Assembly: GCA_030141605.1 (NCBI GenBank)
Contig: JAQGDQ010000318.1
Coordinates: 207,839-271,838, forward strand
DNA from: Tubiluchus corallicola
Lineage: Eukaryota > Animalia > Priapulida
Reading direction: 5' to 3'
DNA length: 64,000 bases
Below the pieces are notes generated by a model. It was given only the letters and a program-made list of their open reading frames with translations, did no database searches and was not told the DNA's origin. The translations under genes and the position numbers were made by a program. Of the stretch, positions 27,301 through 40,470 are shown piece by piece. The first letter of the stretch is position 1, and every line of letters begins with the position of its first letter.

Positions 27301-30300
27301 ACACACCATTCAAGTTTAAAAGGATAAAAAACGTGATTTCAACGTACATTTTGTCCCAAGAACTTTCTATGCAAGGTGACTCGCTCAGATTCTATCACTC
27401 GCCCGGATGTCTGGATTCAGTTGCTATATTGCCAGAAAAACTACCGTTATTTGTCTAAACTGCCAAAACCTATGTTGTCATTGTATAGATTGGCATTGCC
27501 CAAAGCCTTTTGCCTAGACTGCCAATTGTTTCGACTACCTAGATTGTCATTAGTTAAAGTCATTTGCCTAAATTGACATTTGACTAGATTGTCATTGCCT
27601 AGACTGCCATTGCTTAAAGTCTTTTACCTAAATTGACATTTGACTAGATTGTCATTGGCTAAAGTCTTTTAGCTAAATTGACATTTGCATTTGACTAGAT
27701 TGTTATTGGCTAAAGTTTTTTGCCTAAGTTGACATTTGACTAGATTGCCATTGGCTAAAGTCTTTTGCCTAAATTGACATTTGACTAGATTGTTATTGGT
27801 TAAAGTCTTTTGCCTAAATTGACATTTGACTAAATTATCACTGGCTAAAGTTTTTTTGCCTAAGTTGACATTTGACTAGATTGTCATTGGCTAAAGTCTT
27901 TTGCCTAAATTGACATTTGACTAGATTGTCATTGGCTAAAGTCTTTTGCCTAAATTGACATTTGACTAGATTGTTATTGGCTAGAATTATTTGCCTAGAC
28001 TGCTATTGCCTAGATTGTCATTTACCTAGACTGCCATCGCCTAGATTGTCATTTACCTAGTTTGTCGTTTACCTAGACTACCATTGCCTAGATTGCCATT
28101 TGTCTAGACTGACATTGCCTAGATTGCCATTTGTCTAGACTGCCATTGAATAGATTGCCATTTGTCTAAACTGCCATTGCCTAGATTGTCATTTACCTAG
28201 ACTGCCATTGCCTAGATTGCCATTTGTCTAGACTGCCATTGCCTAGACTGCCAATGCCTAGATTGTCATTTACCTAGACTGCCATTGCCTAGATTGCCAT
28301 TTGTCTAGACTGCCATTGCCAAGTTTGTCATTTGCCTACAGAATTTGTCTAGATTATTTGTTCATGTCCATTTGTGGGCGCGAACGGATGACCAAACAGA
28401 TCTCGGATACTAAAAATACTAACTCACCAAACAAGGTAGACAATCATCGTGACCCATGAGTGCTGCTGCATGCAAGGGAGTCATCCCATCCTCGGCAGAA
28501 ATATTTCCGACTCCACCCCTAGACATGAGAATGGTCAAGCAATCCAGATGACCACCCTGGGCTGCTAGATATAATGCCGTACAGCCGTTGTCCATAGTTT
28601 CATTGACTGACCTAAAGTGAGAGAATATTCGAATATTTTGGATTGTGATCGAGCCCAGTTGACCAGCCGGTTGGGGTTGGATTGTTAGTTGGTTGGTCGG
28701 TTGGTTGTTCGGTTGGCTTACTGCTTCGTTGGATGGTTGGCTGGATGGATGGTCGTTCGTTGGTTGAGTTGGTTAAATATCTGGGTAGGCTGGTTAGCTA
28801 ACTGACCAATTATCTATTAATTACCATAACAGATATACACTAATTAAAAAACAAATATTTTTCTTGAAATGCAATCATGATTAATGCAATGTTGAATTGA
28901 AATGCAATCATGAATAAATGTAATCTTGAATTGAAATGCAATAATAATCATGAATAAATGCAATCTTGAATTCAAATGCAATCATGAATAAATGTAATCT
29001 TGAATTGAAATGCAATCGTGATTAAATGCAATCTTTAATTGAAATGCAATCATGAATAAATGCAATCATGAATTGAAATGCAATCATGAATAAACGCAAT
29101 CTTTAATTTAAATGCAGTCATGAATAAATGCAATCTTGAATTGAAATGCAATCACGAATAAACGCAATCTTTAATTTAAATGCAGTCATGAATAAATGCA
29201 ATCTTGAATTGAAATGCAATCACGAATAAATGAAATCTTGAATTGAAATGCAATCGTGATTAAATGCAATCTTGAAGTGAAATGCAATCATGAATAAATG
29301 CAATCTTGAATTGAAATGCAACTGTGAATAAATGCAATCTTGAATTGAAATGCAATCATGAAATAAATGCTATCTTGAGTTGAAATGCAATCGTGCGTAA
29401 ATCTTAATTTAAAAAAAATACTGCAGGTAAATCTCATTGGTAAGTAACAGCCAGAGTCCAGTTGGTCAATATTCTCGTCCAGTGTCCAGGTGGTCAAATG
29501 TTTCAGCAGTAAACTGTTCTACTTTCAAAGAAAACCGAGTTTTACCAGCAAAAAGCAGGAAATTGTTTAATAGCTGTGCAAATTGGTTGTAAAATTACTT
29601 TAACTAGTTGTTAACGGAAACAGGAAAAGTTGGAAATCCAACAGGTGGGTTTTTTATCAATTTTGTGGTTTAAAGTTTTGGAGCTTCCATAAATGGTAGA
29701 AGAACAGATAGACTGACAAATTGATAGAGAGATAGGAAAACTGACCCATGAAAGAATAAAAGTAGAGACAGTTAGAAAAATGAATAAATGTGAATTAAAC
29801 ATGACTACATCAGAAAACAAATAATAATGTGAATGAATTTTAATACATGAATAGATAAACAAAAGTGTTTATAAACAAATAAATAAATAAATGAATACAT
29901 GGATAAGTGAATGATAGCTAGCTAGCTAGCTAGATAGATGGATGGATGGATGGATGGATGGATGGACGGACGGACGGACGGACGGACGGACGGACGGACA
30001 GACAGATTTTTTTTATAATAATAATAATAATAAAAAATCTTTATTAAAGAAATGAATATATATACACAAAGGTGCCTCTTTTTGCAGGCTCAGATCAACA
30101 AATTACATTTTCACATAACAAATCTTTTAAATCCAGTTTCACACTATGTACAACGAATAACATTTTATACTTAAATTAGATATAATTCCAACGAATCACA
30201 AGTATTATACAAACAAATTAACTTTACACAACTACATAATTTATTTTTGTATACTGGAGCGGGCCTAAATTAACAATTACTTAGTATAAAATTGTCCCTG

Positions 30301-31497
30301 ATCAGGTTAGTGAAAGCCATTATTAAATTTTTATCAGATTGAGTCATAATATTACGTGTATAATTGGCATCAGCTATTTCCATGAACGGCATTCGTTTCG
30401 CATTATCTGCTTTATTACACCTGAATAAAATGTGCTGAGGAGTTTGCTCTTCTTCTCCACATGGACATAAACTAGTATCACTCATATTAAGTCTATACAA
30501 AAAGCTGTTAAAATTCCCCTGACCAGTTAAAAAGGACATGGCAATGAATTCTATTTTCCTTTCATTATTTCCAAGCGGCAAATTTAAGGGTGTACATTTT
30601 ATATTCTGTATTTCAACATTATCTCCTCGAAATTGCATAACATGCCTATATTTAGTTGACCAGGTACAAGAAATATAATCTATAATTTGACGTTTGGTAT
30701 ACTTTAACATATTTTCAGGAATTTGTTCAAGATCTGTAGTACGAAAGTTTTCATTCCAGACAAATTTTAAAAAGTTTCTCACAGTCTGCGCATGTGTATA
30801 CATAATATTTTTATAAATATGTCTTCCTGTCAGACGTGCACTACCATACCGAAGAATCTGTTGTTTTACTAAATCATCAGCGCTCTGACATAACGTCTTA
30901 AGACAAGATTTAACCACAATTACATTTAGTTCAATGTCGAACGGTGGAAGACCTCAAAGTAATTCCAATTTAGTACGATCTGGTTTAAAAGCCAACCCCG
31001 CAGAATTATACTTTCATTATATCATAGGTTATATCTTCAAATACAGTAAGTTTTTTACCTAACCATACAATAGCAACATACAGTATAATCGGCAAAATAG
31101 TAGTTTTATAAACATTTACAATGGTAGCAAGTCGCAAACCTGCATATTTACTGCAATTGTTTTTTACTTTCAACCATCTATACCACACCTTTTTATGAAC
31201 ATTACCCGCGTGTTTAACAAATGTTAATTTCCGATCAACAGTTAGGCCTAATATTTTGCTGTCTTCAACAAACAATATTTCATTGTTACTAATTTTTAAA
31301 TTGTCTGGCTTGTTATTTTCATCCCATGCCCCTACTAGCAATGCTTCTGTCTTACCAGGTAACGTATATATCTTTAAACGCCATTTCTGGCACCATTTGT
31401 GAAGCACATCACAACAGCTTTGTGCAATTGTAACACAGCTGCACTGTAAGACAGACAGACAGACGGACGGACGGACGGACGGACGGACGGACGGACG

Positions 31498-31567
<70 letters not shown>

Positions 31568-32253
31568 TAGATAGATAGATAGATAGATAGATAAATGGAT
31601 AGATAGATAGGTTGATAGGTAGGTAAGTAGGTAGGTAGGTAGGTATGGAGGTAGAGAGCCATTAGATATGTAATAGATAAGTAGGTAGGTAGGTAGGTAG
31701 GCACGCAGGTAGGCAAGCGGTAGACAGACAGATAGACAGATTGACAAACAGACAGACAGACAGACAGACAAATACACAAACAAACTGACAGATATATATG
31801 AATAAATAACTAAATAAATAAAAATAAATTAATAAATATTAGAACTCATTACTAACCTGTTCATTTATTTACACTAACCTGCACTTCTTGTGTTTCTTAT
31901 TTTTTGTATATAGTTTTATAATCTGCATCACGTATTTGCTTTTTTATAGTACTTTATGTATTGAATTAAATCTAAAACAAAAGTAAAATTAATAAAACAA
32001 AATAAACAAATAAATAAATAACATTTTGTACATGAATGTATTGAACGTTTAGATCTGTGAACGGCTTGTTAAATTTCTTACCAGTAAAAATGGAGCGAGT
32101 TCATATCCGAAAACAATTATAATTTCGTGCTTTGGGCAATAGTAACAACCCGAACAATTTGTGGTTGTTATAGAGAAAGCTATTTAAATATACGTGCTGG
32201 AAATGTTTTAACTTGGGGAGTTGGGGAGAGACAGAAGTGAGGGAGCGAGAAAG

Positions 32254-32343
<90 letters not shown>

Positions 32344-35300
32344 GAGGAGAGAGAGAGAGAGAGAGGGAGAGAAAGAGAATGAGAGAGAGAAAGAGAAAGA
32401 CAGGGAGAGAAAGGATAGAAAGAGACAAAGACAGAGAGAGAGAAAGTGTGTGTGTGTGTGTGTGTGTGTGCGTGCGTGCGTGTGTGTGTGTGTAGTGTGT
32501 GAAAAAATCTTAATAAATTTTACAAATTACTAAAAATATTTCGTCAAAACAGATTCTTTGAAACTTTTAAACGTTATTTACTGGTCAATCAGTTACACGT
32601 ACCTTTAACACATGGTGTAAACAACTTTACAGGTAAACAATGAACATTCCACGCTTAATTACTCTGACCCACTCCAGCAGCAAATTAATTCTCTTGTTCG
32701 TAGATAGTCACAAGTCACAGTTGTAAGGCTAACGTGATTAAATATTTGCTAATGTTACTTGACCTATTCATGCTGAGGTTACTTGAAAAACAACGTACTA
32801 TGTCTAATGCTAGTGACCTGGAGTGTTGTCACACTTCATGGGTTATTTGCAGGGTGATCAAACAGAATAATAGCTTGAGTTGTTTCACACTATCACAGGT
32901 GCAAGAAAAAACTGTGCAATTGTTCACATAGGTGTGGGGAAAAAATTTAGGAATATATTCTTAGTGAATGAACGATTGAGTAAGTGAGTAAACGAATGAA
33001 TGAAGGAATGAGTGAACGAATAAATAAAGAAATGAGTGATTGATTGAATGTATAAAAGAATAAATGAATGGATTAATAATTGGATGTGTGAGTGAATAGG
33101 TGGATGTGTACGAATGACTGAATGAGTGAATGAATGAACGAACGAACGAACGAACAAGTGAATGAATGAAAGAATGAATCAATAAATGAATGAATGAACG
33201 GATGAGTGAAGGAAAAAATGAATGAATGAGCGATTGGTTGAATGAATGAACTAATAAACGAAAGTGCGAATAAAGGGATGGACGAGTGAATAAGTGGATG
33301 GGTAGATGAATGAACGAATAGATGGATGAATAAATGGATAGACAAATGAATAAATGAATCACCTGGTGAATGTATGAACAAATGAATGAATAACAAACGT
33401 TTTAATCAACGAACGAACAAACAAACAAACGAACTGACAAACGAGCGAAGAAAACAAGAATTTAATCAACAAACGAATGAACGAATGAACCGGCAAACGA
33501 ATAAATGAAGAAATAAATGTTTAAAAAGAAATAGAAAGAAAAGGAGAAAAAGATAAAGAAAACAAAAGAAGAACAAACAGGTGAACAAAACACCAATCGT
33601 AAAATCGAATGAACGACAAAAATAGGTAAAAAATGAACAAAAACCAGCAAACAAATCATTAAATAACTAAATAAACTAATTAGTACATTAACGAATTAAC
33701 AAACTAACAAACTTAAAACATTTTCACCACTCGGAAAGTTCAGTTTTCAAAACATAAAATTTTCGAAAAATCCAAGATATCAAAATACCCGGATGTATCT
33801 TTCACTATCTATGACTCTAAAACATAAACAAATAACGCAAGCGTTTACTAAATGCCCAGCCCTATTATTAGGGCGATTTAGGAGTTTTAAACGGCCAAAT
33901 AAACTTCACAAATCAACTTTAAACGGGGGATTACTCAAGCCAAGTAAAGGGTTAATATTGTTAACTTCCTGGTAATTTAGCTGCAATTTTACCTGAGATT
34001 TTACCTGTATAATTGAGCTGTAATACTGTATAATAGTTTGATGAATAGAGCAGGTATTCATGAGTTTGGGGAAGGAGAGGTTTTCTGAGTTTGTCGTTTT
34101 GGCAAAATTAGACAAAAGAGTTGAATTTATTTTGTTGTTTTAATTGTTTACTTCTACATTCATTGTTTACTGATTCATTCATTCATTCATTCATTCATTC
34201 ATTCATTCATTCATTCATTCATTCATTCATTCATTCATTCATTCATTCATTCATTCATTCATTCATTCATTCATTTGTTCGATTGTTCGTTCGCTCGTTC
34301 TTTCGTTCGTTCGTTTATTCATTCATTCATTCTTTCTTTCATTTACTCATAAGTTAAATTATTTATTCGTCTATTTGTTTTCCATTCATTTGCTAATTTA
34401 CTCACTTACTGACTCGCTCACTTCCTCGCTCACTCACTCATTCACTCACTTACTCACTCACTCACTCACTCACTCACTCACTTCCGCACTCGATCGCTCA
34501 CTCATTCACTCACTTTTTCAGTCAGTCACTCACTCACTCATTTACTTCCTCCCTCCCTCTCTTCCTCACTCACTTACTCACTCACTCACACCCATATTTG
34601 CACCTAAAACCAGCTCTATATTCCGTCCATCCATTCATTCATCCTTTCATTTATTCGTTCATTTATTTAACCATTCGCTCATTCATTCATTTATTTCTTC
34701 TGTCATCCGTTCATTCATTGATTACTTCACTCATTCATTTATTCTTTTATTCTTTGTTCATTCATCTATTCTTGCTTTCATTCATTCTCCAAGCAATTCA
34801 ATTACTCAATTCGTTTTCATTGTTACTGTTGATATTTACAGTTGCTAGGCAACCACCAATATTTACCTTGGACACACATCTAGCAAAAGTTGGATACACT
34901 CCACGTGACCTGCTGCAGCAGCGTGGTGGAGTGGCATGGCTCCAGTCAAAGTCTGAGACTCCACAAATCCACTTCGAAACACGTCCTGGAAATAGTAAAA
35001 ATAACCACTTTTTTGGAACTGACTAGAGATTTACAAATATAGGGCCTGCATCATAAAGATTTTCTTCATAAAGGTCATCATCCTCGTCGCTGCTGTCGCT
35101 GTCTTCATCATCAACGTCATCATCATCGTCGTCGTCGTCGTCGTCATCATCATCATAGTCATCGTCACCGTCATTGTGGTAGGCAAACCAGTAGTAAACT
35201 GCCACTATTTCTACACCTGTTTGCTAAAATGCCAAATATAACATGATCAGTATTGACCGCAATCGTCCAATGATGGCGACACAACAACAAGAACAACAAC

Positions 35301-36052
35301 AATGACAACAGGTCTACTATCACGCCATGTTATCACCACCACAGGCAGTGTGATAATCATAATAATCATCAACTCAACACAACCACGATTTCATCCACAG
35401 TGTCACAATCTCCATAGTCAACTACATAAGCATTTTCATAGTCATCACCGTCGTCATCATCATCATCATCATCATAGTCACCGTCGTCGTCATCATCATC
35501 ATAGTCACCGTCATCATTAGTAGTCACCACTGTCGCAATATTTACTACCACCAATGTTGTCAACACTGACACATCGCCATAGCCAACACAACCATCATCG
35601 CTATTACCGCTGCAACTTCCAAACCCTCATCATCGCAAATAAAGACAAAAATGATTAACCTCAAAGAGGAGCCATTTCAGAACATGGAGCTGTCCACATC
35701 CAGCCGCAACGTGGAGAAGTGTTGCCCCGGCATTATCCCGTAAATATGGGGAACATCCACTGACGCGGAGTAACCAATGTAACGTCGCGAGCACCCCCGC
35801 TGCCGCTCCGTCGTGCGCGGGCGTCGCTCCAATGTCGGAACGAACCTCACACGGTATGTTGCATTCACATATCAAATATTCCAGAATGTGAACGTGCCCG
35901 TACCTCGCCGCATAGTGCACACACGTTGCCCCGTGTGGGTCGCGCACCAGAAGTAGGGCCTGCCCTCCAAACTGGTCCCTCAAACGCTTCAATGTTATCA
36001 AGTCACCCCGTTTTGATGCAATGAGTGCCCTACTGAAACAAGCTAATGTCAT
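13550..36052 (-). CDS. ESPN: Espin/forked-like ankyrin-repeat protein, about 369 aa; join(35660-36052, 34867-34985, 28428-28611, 24585-24671, 23033-23128, 17813-17923, 13550-13669)
   Basis: GATCVHYAARYGH, GATPAHDGAAAG, GAMPLHHAAAAGH, TALYLAAQGGHL, DGMTPLHAAALMGH, TPLHGAAEHGNLKC follow the order of espin N-terminal ankyrin repeats; all junctions GT-AG and in phase. Confidence 0.8.
14884..14961. repeat. (AG)n microsatellite
   Basis: Direct observation. Confidence 0.95.
15394..15484. repeat. (AAT)n/(AAC)n microsatellite
   Basis: Direct observation. Confidence 0.95.
16985..17635. repeat. About 31-bp AT-rich minisatellite
   Basis: ttttgtgtttagttatgtatttaaatgttta units, about 20 copies. Confidence 0.9.
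17813..17923 (-). CDS. Espin-like gene exon 6 (CLQLLLSFGCKATTRHKSACASSDGENNLDYDSLESK)
   Basis: tttttcactttcag acceptor, gtaaga donor; completes ankyrin repeat HGNLK|CLQLLL. Confidence 0.85.
18174..18814 (+). mobile_element. MITE family A copy with internal duplication
   Basis: ttaaagg start, cttccttaa end; agtttctgacgtca..gtagagcccattt block occurs twice. Confidence 0.8.
20090..20830. repeat. 132-134-bp tandem repeat, about 5.5 copies
   Basis: cagacacagag recurs near 20129, 20262, 20394, 20526, 20660. Confidence 0.93.
20913..21524 (-). mobile_element. MITE family B copy
   Basis: Reverse complement of 10466-11073; TTAA at both ends. Confidence 0.8.
21880..23000. repeat. Purine-rich low-complexity (AG)n/(AAAG)n tract
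   Basis: Direct observation. Confidence 0.9.
23033..23128 (-). CDS. Espin-like gene exon 5 (VLQWLLGRGAKCESNNENLTPLHGAAEHGNLK)
   Basis: Ankyrin motif; ttttgtag acceptor, gtgatt donor. Confidence 0.9.
23563..23967. repeat. 56-bp minisatellite, 7 copies
   Basis: cataatacattgactgcccaaccttagatgttaaagtg units. Confidence 0.92.
24585..24671 (-). CDS. Espin-like gene exon 4 (VEPGNKNIDYKDERGNTALYYAAARGHYQ)
   Basis: Ankyrin motif; ttcctgtag acceptor, gtagga donor; 87 nt phase 0. Confidence 0.9.
24908..25286 (+). mobile_element. Possible solo LTR
   Basis: agttgta...tacaact inverted ends, TATA-like cctatatata at 25082, aataaa at 25209; no TSD. Confidence 0.3.
25720..26120. repeat. Degenerate short-period minisatellite (ggtggacctttgacc-like)
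   Basis: Recurring ctttgac/ctttaac/ctttgtc at roughly 15-nt spacing. Confidence 0.75.
26726..27240 (-). mobile_element. MITE family B copy
   Basis: Matches 20913-21524. Confidence 0.8.
27500..28352. repeat. Compound minisatellite (16-17-bp tgcctagattgccatt units and a longer trimer form)
   Basis: Direct observation. Confidence 0.9.
28428..28611 (-). CDS. Espin-like gene exon 3 (SVNETMDNGCTALYLAAQGGHLDCLTILMSRGGVGNISAEDGMTPLHAAALMGHDDCLPCL)
   Basis: Two ankyrin motifs; ctttag acceptor, gtgagt donor. Confidence 0.93.
28862..29410. repeat. 34-bp minisatellite (aaatgcaatcatgaat + aaatgcaatcttgaattg)
   Basis: Direct observation. Confidence 0.92.
30008..31447 (-). mobile_element. 5'-truncated, decayed non-LTR retrotransposon (RT thumb region + C-terminal CCHC finger)
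   Basis: W..KWRL...KTEA, KILGLTVDRKLTF..H, YKTTILPIILY, LELL*GLPP, FLTGQGNF..FLYRL, CPCGEEEQTPQHILFRC; frameshift and stop near 30955-31006; AATAAA then (TTA)n/A tail at 30008-30045. Confidence 0.9.
31448..31770. repeat. (GACA)/(GACG)/(GATA)/(GGTA) compound microsatellite; continues at 29913-30006
   Basis: Direct observation. Confidence 0.95.
32236..32492. repeat. (AG)n and (GT)n microsatellites
   Basis: Direct observation. Confidence 0.93.
32962..34800. repeat. Two opposite-polarity tetranucleotide tracts: (GAAT)n 32962-33520 and (ATTC)n/(ACTC)n 34150-34800
   Basis: Direct observation. Confidence 0.85.
34867..34985 (-). CDS. Espin-like gene exon 2 (DVFRSGFVESQTLTGAMPLHHAAAAGHVECIQLLLDVCP)
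   Basis: Ankyrin motif; atttccag acceptor, gtaaat donor. Confidence 0.92.
35660..36052 (-). CDS. Espin-like gene first coding exon (MTLACFSRALIASKRGDL...HVLKWLLFE)
   Basis: ATG at 36052, 3-4 ankyrin repeats, gttaat donor. Confidence 0.92.
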
Positions 36053-36894
36053 GTTCACACCAAAAACACTGCCTCAGACGATTGTTCACACGCACAGGTT
36101 CCATAATGAATAGATTGCTAACAGACGGATAAGCTAAAGCCATATTCACACTAAAACAAAGTTGTGAACACACGTTCAAAGTTAAAATAGCTATAACGAA
36201 GACAACTAATTGGTACAAATTAAAAACGTTTCACACCAAAAAAACATGTCGTGCTTTTAAATTTTCACATGCACAACAGAACTGATAAATGTTAGCAATG
36301 GTAATTAGCAACAGTATATCAGATTTTCACGTCACATTTGGAAGGCACTCTTAAAAAACAGACAAAATTTCAAAACTAATGTGCAACGTAGAAAAATAAT
36401 GATTAGTCTTCACTCTAAATTGCGCATTTTCATAATATTACAGTAACAGAAACGTCACTGTACCGCCGTTCACATACATAGCACCAGCAGTGAAGTTTAG
36501 CACGTTGAGCAATTAATACACGTAGTTTGTCTGCAATCAATGGCTCAACCAGGCGGCCCGTTGAATAAGTTATGGTGAAGCGGTCTAGCGTCCAGCTAGG
36601 GGTAGAGCAGGTAGATAGGTCAACTGTTAACGCGTGCGCGTAATTATAGGTTATTCATACACAGAGAGGGAGGGAGAGAGAGAGTAGACAAAGAAGTATT
36701 GAAGAAGTTCATTAAATTAAGGGCATCGAAAAGCGCAGACAATACGGGAAATCTTTGCATTTAGCAGTTACTACTGACACGTGTTATTTACAAAAATGTG
36801 TCAGTAAAGTTTCTGGAGAATAAACAGATTTGACTAGAGTTGAATCGCTCAGAAAGAGAATAGATTCAAGCTTGACACACGTATGAAGTTAATT

Positions 36895-37240
36895 AGACAA
36901 CTTCCATGTTTGACCTAGTGACCTTGACCTTGGCCATTTTCAATCCGGACTCAATTGGTTTCAAACTAACTGTATCCTAGACTGTTCCCTGCACCAGATT
37001 AGTTGATTATAGTTTTGTCAGTTTTGATTTTACAGATCATTTTTCCCTCAATGACCTTGATCTTTGACCTTCGAAGAAAAAATCTGTATGTTTCTAGCAC
37101 AGAAGATCAAACTTGTGATTATAGCTTCATCACTTTTGTTTTCGTGTTCACAGACGGACAAACAAAACACAGACAGACAGGCAGACAAACAGACAGATGC
37201 ACATAATTGCGCTATATACACGCTGTTGGCGTAGTGATAA
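36895..37240 (+). mobile_element. Helentron-associated (HINE/DINE-like) non-autonomous element
   Basis: tgacct(t)tgacct motifs, internal (GACA)n and a short 3' stem-loop acgc-tgttg-gcgt. Confidence 0.45.
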
Positions 37241-38079
37241 ATGTAACTCACAAAAATATAGCTCATCTAATGTAAAAAATCACTGCTTCACTGTTACTTT
37301 GTGAGGAGATGGTTACTCACGTGCTTCACAATGGAAGTTAAGCACAAATGAAACTGGCCAGACATAGGCTAGAGGACCAAATCATCAGTGTCAGTTTACA
37401 ACGTTCAGACCTGTTCGAGATTAAAGCTCCACACTAATGAACAATTGTCGGTTCAGTAACTGATTCCAAGGCCTGAGGTTTATAATCAGCTAGGTATTGG
37501 TCTTGCCACAAACATCCACAGGCCCTGCTGTTAAATGCTGGCTTCTTACTTGTAGCCTACGAATTGTTGCAAAAAGGAATATTGCTGGCTTCGGATTTCC
37601 TCAAAGTGTAGTTCTTTTTTGTGATAACCAGTTAGTAATTGCAAAGATAAGAAACCCGTTGGAGTTCACATGCAGCTGTTCTGCTTCAAGGAATGTCCAC
37701 CGAAAGCCAATGAGAAGCAGCAGAGAAGGTGATTATGGAAGATTTTCGGCATTTAAGAACTGTTGTTTTTGTTGTTATTAATATTAATTAACTTGATGTT
37801 ACTGTTATTGCTGTTGTTGCTGCTACAGTTGTTGTTGTTATTGTTGTCACTGCTGTTGTTATTGTTGCTGCTGTTACCACTGTTGCTGTTTTAGTGATTG
37901 TTTTTGTTGCTGATGCTGTTGTAGTCGTTGTTAATGCTGCTGTTACTGTCGCAGTTGTTGTTGCTGTTGTCACTGCTGTTGTAGTCGTTGTTGTTTTGTC
38001 GTTAGATTTTCTGTTGTTGCCATTGTCACTTGTTGTCGCCATTGCAGTTGATGCAAATTGCTACTTATAATAGTTGGCA

Positions 38080-38787
38080 GTGTTTTACTCCTGCCACTGT
38101 GGATGCTACATTGTTTTTACTCCTGCCACTGTGGATGCTGCATTGTTTTTACTCCTGCCACTTTGGATGTTACATTGTTTTTACTCCTGCCACTGTGGAT
38201 GTTGCATTGTTTTTACTCCTGCCACTGTGGATGTTATATTGTTTTTACTCCTGCCACTGTGGATGTTATATTGTTTTTACTCCTGCCACTGTGGATGTTA
38301 CATTGTTTTTACTCCTGCCACTGTGGGTGTTACATTGTTTTTACTCCTGCCACTCTGGATGCTACATTGTTTTTACTCCTGCCACTCTGGATGCTACATT
38401 GTTTTTACTCCTGCCAGTGTGGATGCTACATTGTTTTTACTCCATACACTGTAGATGTTGCATTGTTCTTATTATTGACACTGTAGATGTTGCATTGTTT
38501 TTACTCCTGCCACTGTAGATGTTGCATTGTTTTTACTCCTGCCACTGTGGATGTTACATTGTTTTTACTCCTGCCACTGTGGATGTTACATTGTTTTTAC
38601 TCCTGCCATTGTGGATGTTGCATTGTTTTTACTCCTGCCACTGTGGATGTTGCATTGTTTTTACTCCTGCCACTGTGGATGTTATATTGTTTTTACTCCT
38701 GCCACCGTGGATGCTACATTGTTTTTACTCCTGCCACATTGGATGTTACATTGTTTTTACTCCTGCCACTGCGGATGTTGCATTGTT
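38080..38787. repeat. 32-bp minisatellite, about 22 copies
   Basis: ctgccactgtggatgttacattgtttttactc. Confidence 0.96.
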
Positions 38788-39885
38788 CTTTTGTTCACAT
38801 ATTTTCTGTATTTTCTCTTGATTTAAAAACACAAGCAAAAACTTCCAACTTAAGTTTCATAACTTCATCGTATTTTCTACGCTCAGCAATCGCACTGACA
38901 ACTTCCTATTTTTCTTCAAAACATAAATACAAGGAAATGAGTCTTTTCAACAAAAACATTAACAGTTTTAAATGTACAAATGCCTAGCTATTTACAAATA
39001 CCTGAATACAATGAAAAGCCTGTATGCAAAGAGTAATTTACACTATTCGAATCATTGTAAATAACACTAAGAGCTTAGGAAACCGCATGGGGCTGTCGGC
39101 GAAAATGCGGTTAGTGGTTATCCAAAGAAGGCACACAATAACAACAATATAAATATAAGATGGCGTCACGGCAGCTGTCGACATTTGATAAGGTACATAG
39201 TGCAAATGTGGCGCCATGATTGTGAAAAAAAAGAAAAAATTATAGTTCCTCTGAAAAAACAAAATGTATTAAAAAAAAAATCAAAATATTTTTTTTGCAG
39301 ATAAATAAAATTGCAAAATTAAATTTTCTTTTAATTTAAAATTTGCATATATAAGATAGGTAAGCAAATCATGCATAATATCAACACTGAAAGAGTGTGT
39401 AAACCTGTTAACTTAGAAGGTCTGTTCACCTTTCTTTCACTCAAACAAATGTAGCACGTTTGTTCACCTTGCCATGTCTTTTTTTAAGAAAAAGTTTCTT
39501 TAGATAGATTAACTAAGACTGATTGCACAGTTAGTCTAATAAAATTATATTGGACTCGTGCCAAATAATGGTTTGGCTAAGAAACATTCAGTGAGAAGAG
39601 GATATTATCATAATATTATGGCGTACTAATTGTTACCAGCTCAAAGCAAATTTTGGCAGATAAGATAGCAGAATAGCATCAAAAACACTTCACAAGCTTG
39701 CACCACGCAAACATTTGGTGCCATCTGCTGACAAGAAATGTGGAAAGACAAAGGGTACTGACCCTTTAACAATTTTGTCAACAAAAAAGAACAGTGTTAA
39801 ATAATAATAAACATAATAAAATTTCTTTCTCGAAGCAATATATATATATATGCAGCAGAATGCATAATATGTAGGCACAGCATTA

Positions 39886-40470
39886 GTACAGACTGTCATT
39901 GCCGTTTATTGACTGTCATTCAAATTCAAGATATTTACTGCTTCCTTGCTGTACAGACTGTCATTAACATTCATGACTTTCATTCAAATTCAAGATATTT
40001 ACTGCTTTCTTGCTGTACAGACTGATATTACCATTCATGACTGTCATTCAAATTCAAGATATTTACTGCTTTCTTGCTGTACAGACTGTCATTACCATTA
40101 ATGACTGTCATTCAAATTCAAGATATTTACTACTTTCTTACTGTACAGACTGTCATTACCATTCATGACTGTCATTCAAATTCAAGATATTTACTGCTTT
40201 CTTGCTGTACAGACTGATATTACCATTCATGACTGTCATTCAAATTCAATATATTTACTGCTTTCTTGCTGTACAGACTGTCATCACCATTCATGACTGT
40301 CATTCAAATTCAAGATATTTACTACTTTCTTACTGTACAGACTGTCATTACCATTCATGATTGTCATTCAAATTCAAGATATTTACTACTTTCTTACTGT
40401 ACAGACTGTCATTACCATTCATGACTGTGTCGTTCAAATGCAAGAAATTTGCAGTTTCTTTGCTGTAATA
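39886..40470. repeat. 64-bp minisatellite, 9 copies
   Basis: tgtacagactgtcattaccattcatgactgtcattcaaattcaagatatttactgctttcttgc. Confidence 0.95.

Noticed and set aside
35023-35572. Poly-Asp/poly-His ORFs
   Set aside because: (CAT)n/(CGT)n trinucleotide tracts inside intron 1 of the espin-like gene.
38030-38987. Cys/His-rich repetitive ORFs
   Set aside because: Read-through of a 32-bp minisatellite, open in all three frames; unit is not a multiple of 3.
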